Origin: a virus
Lineage: Duplodnaviria; Caudoviricetes
Length of the DNA stretch: 53,113 nt
Direction: 5' to 3' (one strand)
IMG/VR virus record: IMGVR_UViG_3300045283_000190
Span: 1-53,113 of that record
The translations under genes and the position numbers were made by a program. Below, in pieces: positions 36,001-44,382 of the stretch (within the stretch, counting starts at the first letter, position 1; the number at the start of each line of letters is the position of its first letter). The notes under the pieces are model-generated. The model had not been told where the DNA came from. It worked only from the letters and a program-made list of their open reading frames with translations, and searched no databases.

Positions 36001-37268
36001 TCATCAACAGCAACGCGAGCGAGGACGCCAAGAAGCTTGCGCGCGAGACGCTCGAGCTCGCGAACAATCAGATCCGAGGCCACGCGCGCGACATCGGCTC
36101 GCGCGAGCTGCGCAACGCCTATGCGCAGCTGCCCCTCGAGAGCCTGCAATCGATGGATGACGCGAACCAGCTGGGGGCCGAGGGCCAGGCGGTGCTGCAC
36201 GAAAAGCGCAAGGTGCAGCAGGCAGAGCGCAAGGCGGAGATCGACGCCCAGAAGGGCGTGACCGACATCGAGGAGGCGCCCGTTCGCAGGAAGAAGCTCG
36301 AAGGCGAGGTCGCGGCAGAGCAGGCCGAGGCGCCGCTGCGACAGAAGAAGATGGAGAACGAGAACGCGGAGGCGCCGCTACGACAGAAGGCGCTCGAGGC
36401 AGAGGTAAGGCTCAAGAACGCGAATGCGCTCGAGGCAGAGGCGCGCGCCAAGTTCGGGCCGAAGCACAGCGACCGCGAGACGCAGCTGGACGTTCTCACG
36501 CGTTCCGGCTCGCAGTCGTTCGAGCGCCTGGCGAAGATGGCCAAGGCGGGCAAGACGCTGCCCACGAGCGCGATGGCGCTCGGCGCGACGCTCTCGAAGC
36601 TCGACCCCAACGACGCGCAGACGCGGCGCGACGTCGGGCTCTTGCTGAGCCTGGTGCTGCGCAACGAGTCGGGCGCGGTGATCGGCGAGAACGAGTGGGA
36701 CCAGCGGTTCAACGAGCTCGGTCTCAACTCGACGAACGAGGGCATCCGGCGCAACGCGCTCTCGGGCCTCTTGCAGAGCTTCGAGGGCATGGACCGGCTG
36801 CAGTTCCTCAGCTCCATCGACTGGAGCAAGGACCCGCCCAACGCGATCACGGCGAAGATCCTCGCGGAGGCTACGGCGCGGCAAAAGGCGCAGGAGGGCG
36901 CGGGCGAGCGCAACGCGACCGAGGGGCAGACGGGGCGAGGTGCGGGCCGCGTCACGGGCAAGGGGCCAGCTGCCCCTGCGCCGGCTGCGGAGCCGAAGGA
37001 CCCGCAGCTCGAGGCCAAGCGTGGCTTCGATGCGCGGGAGCTCGCGGCGCGCATGAAGCTTACCGAGGCGGCACGCTCCTCGACGCCTGCGGTGATGAAG
37101 GTCTACAACGAGGAGAACGAGGAGCGGAAGGCTGGTGGAGACGTCCTGTTCGAGGCGCTACGCCGCGACTACACGCTGACACCGAAGCCCCGGGCCATGC
37201 TCGACTACTATCGCGGCATTCGCGAGGCGCGACAGCGCGGCAAGGCACCCGCGGGCGGGGCGAGATAG
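33003..37268 (+). CDS. Large internal virion/ejection protein with DAG repeats
   Basis: 1421 aa. About 23 DAG motifs in the N-terminal half, a duplicated YW..LEDHRG domain, a GNIDL..RP...N.DGS.STV...GKHLG domain, one hydrophobic segment, coiled coils and R.ESGA.IG..E. Confidence 0.75.
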   Translation: MPGGQDAGVDSGLARRYSIFDDDDALAQAPPAAPAPARDAGSVVDAARRVQQVRDAGTVTQPARVEAPMRDAGAPPPARGGSVPVLAEPGPTPAPASYWAQLEDHRGQLHRVEASSIKEINRQFDELEARTQAEGGRDAHVTVSDADDASMSDLISPAFAAYKRKLKAGRADGGVSGSGGVELRVRPVREADAGAPAVDAGAPAQEPDAGAPPPPARGAEDAGSVLSAARRVQEVRDAGAAVTAPGRAPARYWALLEDHRGKQHRLEARSVGEVRRQFRELEDLTQDEGGPGAYVLVSDGDDASLSDLTSPEYAAELRKRKASRDAGVVAQRGAAPSSEDVVFSPDEVAPVRVPSRRDAGAAPSPADDMTFTLDEVEPVVARPRRDAGTPAVRRVATVVDAPEQEMGPPALERATVDAPEQEMGPPVLHERAPTDAGVAASRAALTDAGAEPIARTVQARDIVAAGPPPPRDAGAVRAVARSVNDPRDPRAPVMQLRGSSPEEVDRLESAYMRTRAPDAGVPPSYEGLHTPSGQPARGMSATVVAPNGSQLRLTDDSPESLARYFEFTDRHGTDVDLVGEPYLMEKLREAQAHRGDAGTRTMDAGVAKASTSALMDAGRTTEDAAASPVDATRRAAEVVRDAGQAAARALPDAGGNAYGALEPGNIDLTRRPHVRNADGSVSTVYSMGTEINGKQYLIPLVHDDGYIMTPDQGIAEFERTGKHLGVYASPEDSDRAAQAIHEDQERNPPIDTLTEKDDGGIARVAQAARVVSDAGTEVDAGNVNKLPEREPRAELDTGARADIAAAAPAQEQGPPPDLPLDTTLAPHAQEKQMLEGEKRVADVRVQRAEGAAEGAGKVAEQYGKMAERSAGDEERMRQTVTDARRRAGTLEQRMVGLMDHIEFEEHGKPKRDTLHLIMSILTSVLLAKLPGGAAAAKMIMQAMPTATNKWAERLSGDREAYDRLARMYGLSSHANASELEQEAMLSAAGAGTLKAGLNSIINSNASEDAKKLARETLELANNQIRGHARDIGSRELRNAYAQLPLESLQSMDDANQLGAEGQAVLHEKRKVQQAERKAEIDAQKGVTDIEEAPVRRKKLEGEVAAEQAEAPLRQKKMENENAEAPLRQKALEAEVRLKNANALEAEARAKFGPKHSDRETQLDVLTRSGSQSFERLAKMAKAGKTLPTSAMALGATLSKLDPNDAQTRRDVGLLLSLVLRNESGAVIGENEWDQRFNELGLNSTNEGIRRNALSGLLQSFEGMDRLQFLSSIDWSKDPPNAITAKILAEATARQKAQEGAGERNATEGQTGRGAGRVTGKGPAAPAPAAEPKDPQLEAKRGFDARELAARMKLTEAARSSTPAVMKVYNEENEERKAGGDVLFEALRRDYTLTPKPRAMLDYYRGIREARQRGKAPAGGAR

Positions 37269-37271
37269 GCC

Positions 37272-40200
37272 ATGCCTGGCAAAGACGACAAGGCTTCGCC
37301 GCTCACACCCGAAGGAGCGTTCGGCCCGCAAGACTACCCGGACGCGGATGCGTTCGACGCGCTCCTTCGCGGGGAGGCTGAGCCGCTGCCCGCGGAGGCT
37401 GCGCCTGAGCCGGCAGAGCCTGAGCCAGCGCTTGAGGCAGCCCCCGAGCCTGAGCCTGAGCCTGAGCCTGTCGCGGAGGAGCCGGCGGAGGCTTCGCCGT
37501 GGGAGAACCTCGACGACGCGGCGTTCGACGCGCTTCTGCGCGAGCCTATCCCGGAGGGCGAGGCGCTGCCGACGCCAGCTCCCCCACCGCTTCCCCCGGC
37601 GCAGTCGATCGTCGATGAGGTCCCGTACGTGCTGCCGGTGGTGCCGGGGCGCGTGCCGCGCATCCCGCTCACACCGCCCGAGACACCGCCCGCCGCGCCA
37701 GCGCCGACCGAGGCGTCCGAGAGCTTGGCTGCGCTGCCCTACGTGCAGCAGCAGGGGCAAGAGCGCATCACAACGCTCGAGGAGGAGGTCGCACGCCTGC
37801 GGGCGGAGATCGAGAAGGGGCGTGCGCCTCCCCCCGAGGCGACCCCGTTCCCTCCGCGGCGTATGCAGCGCGGGCAGACCGGCACGGGCACCGACTGGGG
37901 TGCGGTCGGCCTCGGGGGCGTGCAGACGCTTCCGAGCCTGCGGCAGCCCGAGCTCGAGCGCGGCGCCGGGCCTGGGACGGGCATCGACCTACAGGGCGAC
38001 ATCCGGGCCGCTGCGGACCGCGAGATGACCAGGGAGGCGGATTTCCAGCAGCAGTATGGAGGACCCGCGCGCACGGCGGCTGCGGCGGGCCTCGGGCTCC
38101 TACGCGGCGCGACGTTCGGCTTCAGCGACCCGGCGCTGGCGGGTGTGCGTGCGCTCGGTGGCGCAGCGATCGGGGACGAGTCGTTTTCGGACGCGTATGC
38201 AGCGGCGCGGGCGGAGATCGACAAGACACGCGCTGCCAGCCCCTGGGTGAGCGGCCTGACCGAGGCGGGTGGCGCCATCGCGCCAGCCTTCCTCACGGGC
38301 GGCGCAGGCGCTGCAGGAGCGCTTGCGCGCGCAACGCCAGCGGGGGCGGTGGCGAGGCTGGGAGAGAGCCTCGCGGCCAGCCAGGCGGCAAGAGCGGCCG
38401 CACAGGGAGCCGGCCCCATCATGGCGGGGGCGCGCGGGCTCGGCGCGGCGGGTGCGGCGGAGGGCGTGATCGGCGGGCTCGGGGTGGGCGCGTCCGAGTC
38501 GATGCGGCCGGGCATGACGCCGGGGCAAGCCGCAGAGAACCTCGCGTGGTCGGCGGGCACGAGCGGCGTGCTGGGCGGCGTGCTGGGCGGCGTGATCGGC
38601 GGCGGCGTGGGGGCGCTTCGTCGCGGCGCGGGCGCGGCGGATGAGCTGCTCGACCCGGCGCACTTCACCGAGCGGCCGCTTCCCACGGTCGAACCGTCCG
38701 ACGTGCCGATGTCCGACCTGCGGGCGACGGCGCAGGTGATGGGGGGCAACCGCAACACGGACACGGTGCTGGACGAGCTCACGGCGGCAGACACGCGCAC
38801 CAAGTACACGCGCAACGTCGAGGACGTGCGCATGGCGGAGGGTGGCCACGAGAAGATGCTGCAGCGCGAGACGCGCGCGGCGGTCAAAGACCTCAAGCGC
38901 TGGTTTCAGCTGCGCAAGAAGCTCGACGACGACGCAGGGGTTGGTCAGAAGAAGTCCGTCAACAGCTTCAACGAGACGGACAACCGCCCGCTGTACGAGC
39001 CGAGCGGCAAGCAGGGCGAGCTCGACTTCGAGGCGCCAGACTTCGGCGGCGTGCCTGCCGACCTGCCCAACTCGCAGGCGGCCAAGGCCGAGTTCGATGG
39101 GATGTTCGCGAACCTGCGCACGCTGGTAGACGAGTTCGTGTCGAACCCGGATGCGCCGCCTCCGCGAGGGGAGGTGCTGCGCGCGTCGCGCATTGCGAAC
39201 ATGCTCGAAGAGACGCATGCGCAGATTACCGACGACCTGATCGACGGCAAGGTGGGGAGCGCGTTCGCGCGCTACACCGAGGACGTGCGCGGACGGCTGC
39301 TCGGGGACGCGAGCAAGATGCTCGAGTCAGACCAGGGAAGCGACCGGATGCGCGAGTTTTTGCGCACGCTGATTCACGAGTCGGGTCGCATCGAGGACAC
39401 GATCAAGAACCCGCATGCGGTGGAGCTGTCGAAGCGGTTCCCGCGCGCGCAGGAGGCGCAGCGGGCGCTCGAGACGCAGTTCGCGCGTCTGCGGGCGAAG
39501 GTCGACGACTATGTGGGCGTGGTTGGCGAGGAGGCGCTCTCTCGCGGAGACCCGACGTCGTTCCGCATCATTCAGCGTATTCGTCAGATCCTCGACGTGC
39601 AGCAGGCGAGCACGAATCGGTTCTTGGGCAAGGGCGACATCGGCGGCGCTTATGGCGCGTTCGACCAGGGCGTGAAGGCGGCGATCGGGAAAGAGGTCGG
39701 CAAGGCCAAGAGCGGCGACCTGCGCGAGTTCCTGCGCGACCTGACGACCGAGCCGATGAACTTTCTCGAGGGCCGCAACGCGAGCGGCACGAAGGTGACG
39801 AGTCTGTGGGACCAGTACATCGACGGGCGTGATGCGATCAAGCGTGTCTTGCGGCGCATCGAGGAGATCAAGGCAGAGCCCGGCGCGTACAAAGGCTCCC
39901 CGAAGGCGAAGGCGGCAGTCGACCGCGTGGCCAACCGGATCAAGCGGGTGTTCCGCGATGGCGAGATGACCGGCTGGCAGTCGACCGGGTATCTCGACGA
40001 CCTGCGCAAGCAGATCAACCAGACGGCCAATAGCACCGCGCAGTGGGACCCGACGCTGCCCGAGACGGGGCACACGAAGGGTCTGCTCTCGTCCCTGCTC
40101 GCGGAGGACGAGACCTGGGAAGCACTCAGCCTCGCCGAGCGGCAGAACATCGGCAACAAGCCATGGTCGAGGGCGATCAGCACCGCGAACGACAGCGAGT

Positions 40201-41438
40201 GGTCTCAGTTCTTCTCGACGGGACCCGAGCGCGCTCCGAACGACTGGGACAACTTGCAGCAGGCGGACAGCGCCGCGGTCAAGCGGCTGTACAACAACCT
40301 CGGGGACGCGGCGAACATGCGCGACGAGCAGGCGTATCGGCTCAACCTTCGCGATGGTGCGGCCGACGCGGAGGCGCGGGTGCGTGCGTGGGGCGGCGAG
40401 GCGATGAAGCCTGACGCGAAGGAGCTCGTGGACCTCTCGCGGACGCTCGAGTCGCGTGCGGATCTCATGGCGAAGGCGCGCGCCTCGAAGCTCGAGGGGG
40501 AGAAGTTTCTCGCGGGTGCGCCTGGGTTCGAGACGCTTACCGGCGCGGCAGCGGGTGGGGCCGGCGCGCTTACTGGCATGGTCGGCGGGCCGCTCGGGAT
40601 GGCGGGCATGGCAGCGGTCGGCGGCGCTGCGGGCGCGCAGTTTCCGAAGTGGCACAAGGCATGGATTCGCGCGGTAGCGGAGGCGCAGGGAGGCAATGGG
40701 CAGGCGCTCACCGAGCGCGCTCGCAAGCTGGTCAGCGCGGCGCGTAAGGGGCTGCTCGGGGCGAGTCGGGCTGCGGACGCGGCAGCGCCTGCGGGCGTGC
40801 ACGTGCCGCTCGCGCTCGCGCGGCTGGCGACGGAGAAGCAGGTGCGCGACAAGGTGGAGGAGGCGCGCAGGGTAAGCGACCCGCAGTCTCCCGAATACCG
40901 GGCGCTGGTGGAGCAGGCGGCGCAGATCGAGCAGGTGGACCCGGAGACGGCTGACCAGATGGTGCAGCTCGAGCAGCGACGCGCCGCGGCTGTGAATGCA
41001 GTCGCTCCGGGCGACGGCACCAAGATCGACCCGACCACGGAGCGCAAGCTGACGAGAGCAGTCACGGCGGCGTACTTCCCCGAGAACACGCTTCGCCGCA
41101 TGTCGGACGGCGTGGCGACGGCGGACGAGGCGCAGACGCTCAAGCAGGTGTACCCGCAGATGTACGATGCCTTCGTCGCGGAGGTGAAGGCGCAGATCGA
41201 CGCGCAGGGACCGCCCAAGAACCGGGCCGGGGAGCTGATGCTGTTCAAGCAAGCCGGAATCGCAGCGCGGTCGACGCTCGGCCAGGAGCAGCTGCGCCAG
41301 CAGCAGGTCATCGCCAAGTCCGCGGCCGGGGAAGAGGCGCAGCCTGAGCGCGGCGCGGTCCGCGAGCGCGTCAGCCAGACCTACAAGATGGACCCGGATC
41401 GCTACACGACGAAGTCCGATCGCATCATGAGCGAGTGA
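37272..41438 (+). CDS. Large internal virion/ejection protein
   Basis: 1388 aa; G..RGATFG.SD and glycine-zipper TM-like stretches, helical body. Confidence 0.72.
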   Translation: MPGKDDKASPLTPEGAFGPQDYPDADAFDALLRGEAEPLPAEAAPEPAEPEPALEAAPEPEPEPEPVAEEPAEASPWENLDDAAFDALLREPIPEGEALPTPAPPPLPPAQSIVDEVPYVLPVVPGRVPRIPLTPPETPPAAPAPTEASESLAALPYVQQQGQERITTLEEEVARLRAEIEKGRAPPPEATPFPPRRMQRGQTGTGTDWGAVGLGGVQTLPSLRQPELERGAGPGTGIDLQGDIRAAADREMTREADFQQQYGGPARTAAAAGLGLLRGATFGFSDPALAGVRALGGAAIGDESFSDAYAAARAEIDKTRAASPWVSGLTEAGGAIAPAFLTGGAGAAGALARATPAGAVARLGESLAASQAARAAAQGAGPIMAGARGLGAAGAAEGVIGGLGVGASESMRPGMTPGQAAENLAWSAGTSGVLGGVLGGVIGGGVGALRRGAGAADELLDPAHFTERPLPTVEPSDVPMSDLRATAQVMGGNRNTDTVLDELTAADTRTKYTRNVEDVRMAEGGHEKMLQRETRAAVKDLKRWFQLRKKLDDDAGVGQKKSVNSFNETDNRPLYEPSGKQGELDFEAPDFGGVPADLPNSQAAKAEFDGMFANLRTLVDEFVSNPDAPPPRGEVLRASRIANMLEETHAQITDDLIDGKVGSAFARYTEDVRGRLLGDASKMLESDQGSDRMREFLRTLIHESGRIEDTIKNPHAVELSKRFPRAQEAQRALETQFARLRAKVDDYVGVVGEEALSRGDPTSFRIIQRIRQILDVQQASTNRFLGKGDIGGAYGAFDQGVKAAIGKEVGKAKSGDLREFLRDLTTEPMNFLEGRNASGTKVTSLWDQYIDGRDAIKRVLRRIEEIKAEPGAYKGSPKAKAAVDRVANRIKRVFRDGEMTGWQSTGYLDDLRKQINQTANSTAQWDPTLPETGHTKGLLSSLLAEDETWEALSLAERQNIGNKPWSRAISTANDSEWSQFFSTGPERAPNDWDNLQQADSAAVKRLYNNLGDAANMRDEQAYRLNLRDGAADAEARVRAWGGEAMKPDAKELVDLSRTLESRADLMAKARASKLEGEKFLAGAPGFETLTGAAAGGAGALTGMVGGPLGMAGMAAVGGAAGAQFPKWHKAWIRAVAEAQGGNGQALTERARKLVSAARKGLLGASRAADAAAPAGVHVPLALARLATEKQVRDKVEEARRVSDPQSPEYRALVEQAAQIEQVDPETADQMVQLEQRRAAAVNAVAPGDGTKIDPTTERKLTRAVTAAYFPENTLRRMSDGVATADEAQTLKQVYPQMYDAFVAEVKAQIDAQGPPKNRAGELMLFKQAGIAARSTLGQEQLRQQQVIAKSAAGEEAQPERGAVRERVSQTYKMDPDRYTTKSDRIMSE

Positions 41439-41441
41439 GTC

Positions 41442-42890
41442 GTGGCAGATGCAGCGGTGCAGCTAGACGGCGTGCGGGCGAAGGCGCGCGCGCGGCTGCG
41501 GATGGTGTCGACGGGCAAGGACCACGCATTTCGCGAGCTGGTCAAGCTGCGGCTGATCCGGGGGCTGCACCCGCGTCAGCGTGCGGCGCTCGCGCTCGTG
41601 CTCGCGGGGGAGCGCTACATCGCGCTGTGCTGCGGTCGACGTGCGGGCAAGACACGATACATCGCGACGCTGATCCTCTTGCTCCTGCTCGATTGCGAGT
41701 TCGGCCAGGAGGTGGTGTTCGTCGCGCCGACGCTCAAGAGGGGCAAGGAGCTCATCTGGGGCGAGCTGACGCGCCTCTGCGAGCTGTACTGCCTCGACTA
41801 TCGGCACCGCGATCACCAGGGCACGATGGTCACGGACCGCGGCGCGATGTTCAGGATTGTTGGCTTGGACAACAAGAGGCAGATCGGGAAGATCGCGCGC
41901 GGCGGCAATACGCGGGCTTTCCTCGCGGATGAGGTGCAGGAGTTCTCGCACCTGCTCGAGGCGCTGGTGGGATCGGCAAGCCCAGCGCTCGGGCAGACGC
42001 GCGGGCTATTCATCGCGAGCGGCACGCCGGGCTACGTCAAGCGCGGGTACTGGCACAGCATCTGCCACGGAGGCGACGGCTTCCTTCAGGTGGCGTGGAC
42101 GCTGTTCGAGAACCCCCACCTCGGCAGAGACCCGCACGAGCTCGTCGAGGAGGAGATCGTCAAGAAGGGGTGGTCTCGTACGCACCCGACGCTGCTGCGC
42201 GAGTATTACGGGCGGTGGGTCGACGACGAGACGCGGCGCGTGTGCGAGCTCGCGGACCACAACGTCGTCGACGTCGCGCTCGAGTACGACCTGAAGACGT
42301 GGCGGCACTTCGTTGGCGTCGACTACGGCAACTCGCCAGACCCGTGCGCGTGGGTGGTCCTCGCGGCGCACCCGCATCGCAACTACGTCGCGGTCGTGCA
42401 CGCGGAGAAGGCCCACCGCCTGACGAGCGATGCCATCTGCGAGCGCACCAACGCGCTTCGTGTGCAGTTCGGCGCGAAGCGCATCGTGGGAGACAGTGCC
42501 TCGGGAGGGAAGACGTTTATTCAGGACTTTAACGAGAGATACGCACGCAGGGCAGGCTTCTCGATGCTGCCGGCGGACAAGGCGAACAAGCGCGACTCGA
42601 TCGACATGATGAACACGGAGCTTCGCACGGGGCGTCTGGTGCTGGTCCGCGAGGGCGCGGCGTGCCTGGTCGCGGAGATGGAGGCGCTGCAGTGGGACGA
42701 GGACCGGAGCGAGTTTTTGCCGGGGGAGGATCATGCCGTCGACAGCCTGCGCTATGGCCTGCGGGCGCTGCGGGCGTTCACCGCGAAGCCACCACCTGCA
42801 GATGCAACTGAGCACGACCAGGAGCTGCTGCGCATCATGGCGCGCAACCGGCGCAACGAGCAGATGCAGCGCGGGGCAGAAAGTTGGTAG
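41442..42890 (+). CDS. terL: Terminase large subunit
   Basis: LHPRQ, CGRRAGKT (Walker A), VAPT, ADEVQ (Walker B), SGTP, ENPHL, REY.G.W, GVDYG..D, DHAVDSLRY. Confidence 0.93.
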   Translation: MADAAVQLDGVRAKARARLRMVSTGKDHAFRELVKLRLIRGLHPRQRAALALVLAGERYIALCCGRRAGKTRYIATLILLLLLDCEFGQEVVFVAPTLKRGKELIWGELTRLCELYCLDYRHRDHQGTMVTDRGAMFRIVGLDNKRQIGKIARGGNTRAFLADEVQEFSHLLEALVGSASPALGQTRGLFIASGTPGYVKRGYWHSICHGGDGFLQVAWTLFENPHLGRDPHELVEEEIVKKGWSRTHPTLLREYYGRWVDDETRRVCELADHNVVDVALEYDLKTWRHFVGVDYGNSPDPCAWVVLAAHPHRNYVAVVHAEKAHRLTSDAICERTNALRVQFGAKRIVGDSASGGKTFIQDFNERYARRAGFSMLPADKANKRDSIDMMNTELRTGRLVLVREGAACLVAEMEALQWDEDRSEFLPGEDHAVDSLRYGLRALRAFTAKPPPADATEHDQELLRIMARNRRNEQMQRGAESW

Positions 42891-42905
42891 GCGGGCCTTT
42901 GGTAG
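42884..42905 (+). promoter_or_regulatory. Late-gene upstream motif, copy 2
   Basis: TTGGTAG gcgggcct TTGGTAG. Confidence 0.5.
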
Positions 42906-42917
42906 CGTCCGAGACCG

Positions 42918-44345
42918 ATGGCTACCAAGGTCGAGGTCTGGCCGAAGATCGGCGAGACGTACCCGGATGCAGCGGGCGTGACGATCACCGCGGCGGGCGC
43001 GATCGTCTGGGAGAGCAAGTACATCGAGGACGCGATCCGCGATGGGCACTTGCTCACGTACGACCCCTACGGCGTGAACCTGCCGGTCGACCACACGGAC
43101 GTGGCTCCACCAGCGCCGCGGACTGCGTCGTACGTGCTGGCGACCTCGGCACCGGCGAGTCTCGAGGACGCGCGCAGGCTCGCGGCAGGCGCCGGCATCG
43201 CGCTCACGGACAGCGGCCCGGGAGGCACGCTCACGGTCAGCGCGACCGGCGGCGGAGGTGGAGGCGGCGCGCCTGTCGATGCGGAGTACCTGGTCAGTAC
43301 CGCGAGCACGGGTCTATCAGCCGAGCGGGTGCTGACTGCGGGGGCGGGCATCACGCTCACTCCGTCGGCAGGTGCGCTCACCGTGGCGAGCTCGGTGGCG
43401 GCGGGTGCGCCGGCGGACGCGCCTTACCTCACTCTGTCAGGCGATGCGCGGCTCAGTGGCGAGCGCGCGCTGGCAGCGGGGCCTGGCATTGCGATCGACG
43501 ATGGCGGCGCGAACGGTGCGGCGACGGTGCGGCACAGGTTCGTCGCGGGCGCTGGCATCGCCCTGACAGAGCTGCCGACGGGGGAGGTGGAGATCGCAAG
43601 CACGGTGGTGGTCCCGACGGGCGGGCAGACCTGGGGGGCGATCTACGAGCTCGACCTGACGACGCTCCCTACGCAGACGCTGGTCAACGGAGCGAACCTG
43701 GTCGACGGTCTGACGTGGTACTCGAAGGGCACGGCAGACTTCATCGACACGGTGGTAAACAACATCGTGAACGGCCTGGGGATGGAGTGCGGGTCGGGTG
43801 CGTTTGGGGTCACCGGGAACTACTCGAACCGCATCCCGTGGTTTCCGTTCGCGCAGCTGCCCGACTTCAACCCGGCGGCGCCGGTCGCGGTGGCGTGGCG
43901 GTGGTCCGGGTCGGGAATGAGCAGCTCCAACTACATGGTCGGCGGGCTTGCCAGCATGGCCAACAACGGCACGCAGTGGCTCTCGGCGGAGCGCGCAAGC
44001 CAGGCGATCATCGAGTACCAGGGCCAGACGGACAGGTTCCTCCACTACGTGGAGGGCGACGCGTCAGGGCTCGCGGTGGTCATGATCGCTCCCCCGTCGG
44101 CGACCTCCGGCGACCACGCCTTCGTCGAGGCGCAGCTCGAGTCGCAAGTGTATTGCTCAGGTCACGCAGCGTACGCGGGCAGCCTCCCGAACAATGTCCA
44201 CGGGCTGACGAGTGGTGTGAATCCGCGCCTAAGCGTCGCGCCGCGTCCGAATATCGGTTTCTTCATGGCGCGCAATCGAAGTACCGCGTTCACGGTCTAC
44301 CTGACCCACCTCGCGGTGCTGCAGCCGGTGGTCCCGGTGCCCTGA
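42918..44345 (+). CDS. Tail fibre/spike 1
   Basis: N-terminal about 55 aa shared with fibre 2; three Y....L..ER.L.AG.GI repeats; beta-sandwich C-terminus. Confidence 0.75.
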   Translation: MATKVEVWPKIGETYPDAAGVTITAAGAIVWESKYIEDAIRDGHLLTYDPYGVNLPVDHTDVAPPAPRTASYVLATSAPASLEDARRLAAGAGIALTDSGPGGTLTVSATGGGGGGGAPVDAEYLVSTASTGLSAERVLTAGAGITLTPSAGALTVASSVAAGAPADAPYLTLSGDARLSGERALAAGPGIAIDDGGANGAATVRHRFVAGAGIALTELPTGEVEIASTVVVPTGGQTWGAIYELDLTTLPTQTLVNGANLVDGLTWYSKGTADFIDTVVNNIVNGLGMECGSGAFGVTGNYSNRIPWFPFAQLPDFNPAAPVAVAWRWSGSGMSSSNYMVGGLASMANNGTQWLSAERASQAIIEYQGQTDRFLHYVEGDASGLAVVMIAPPSATSGDHAFVEAQLESQVYCSGHAAYAGSLPNNVHGLTSGVNPRLSVAPRPNIGFFMARNRSTAFTVYLTHLAVLQPVVPVP

Positions 44346-44348
44346 AAG

Positions 44349-44370
44349 TTGGTAGGCGAGCCTTTGGTAG
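44349..44370 (+). promoter_or_regulatory. Late-gene upstream motif, copy 3
   Basis: TTGGTAG gcgagcct TTGGTAG. Confidence 0.5.
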
Positions 44371-44382
44371 CGTCGGCAGTCG

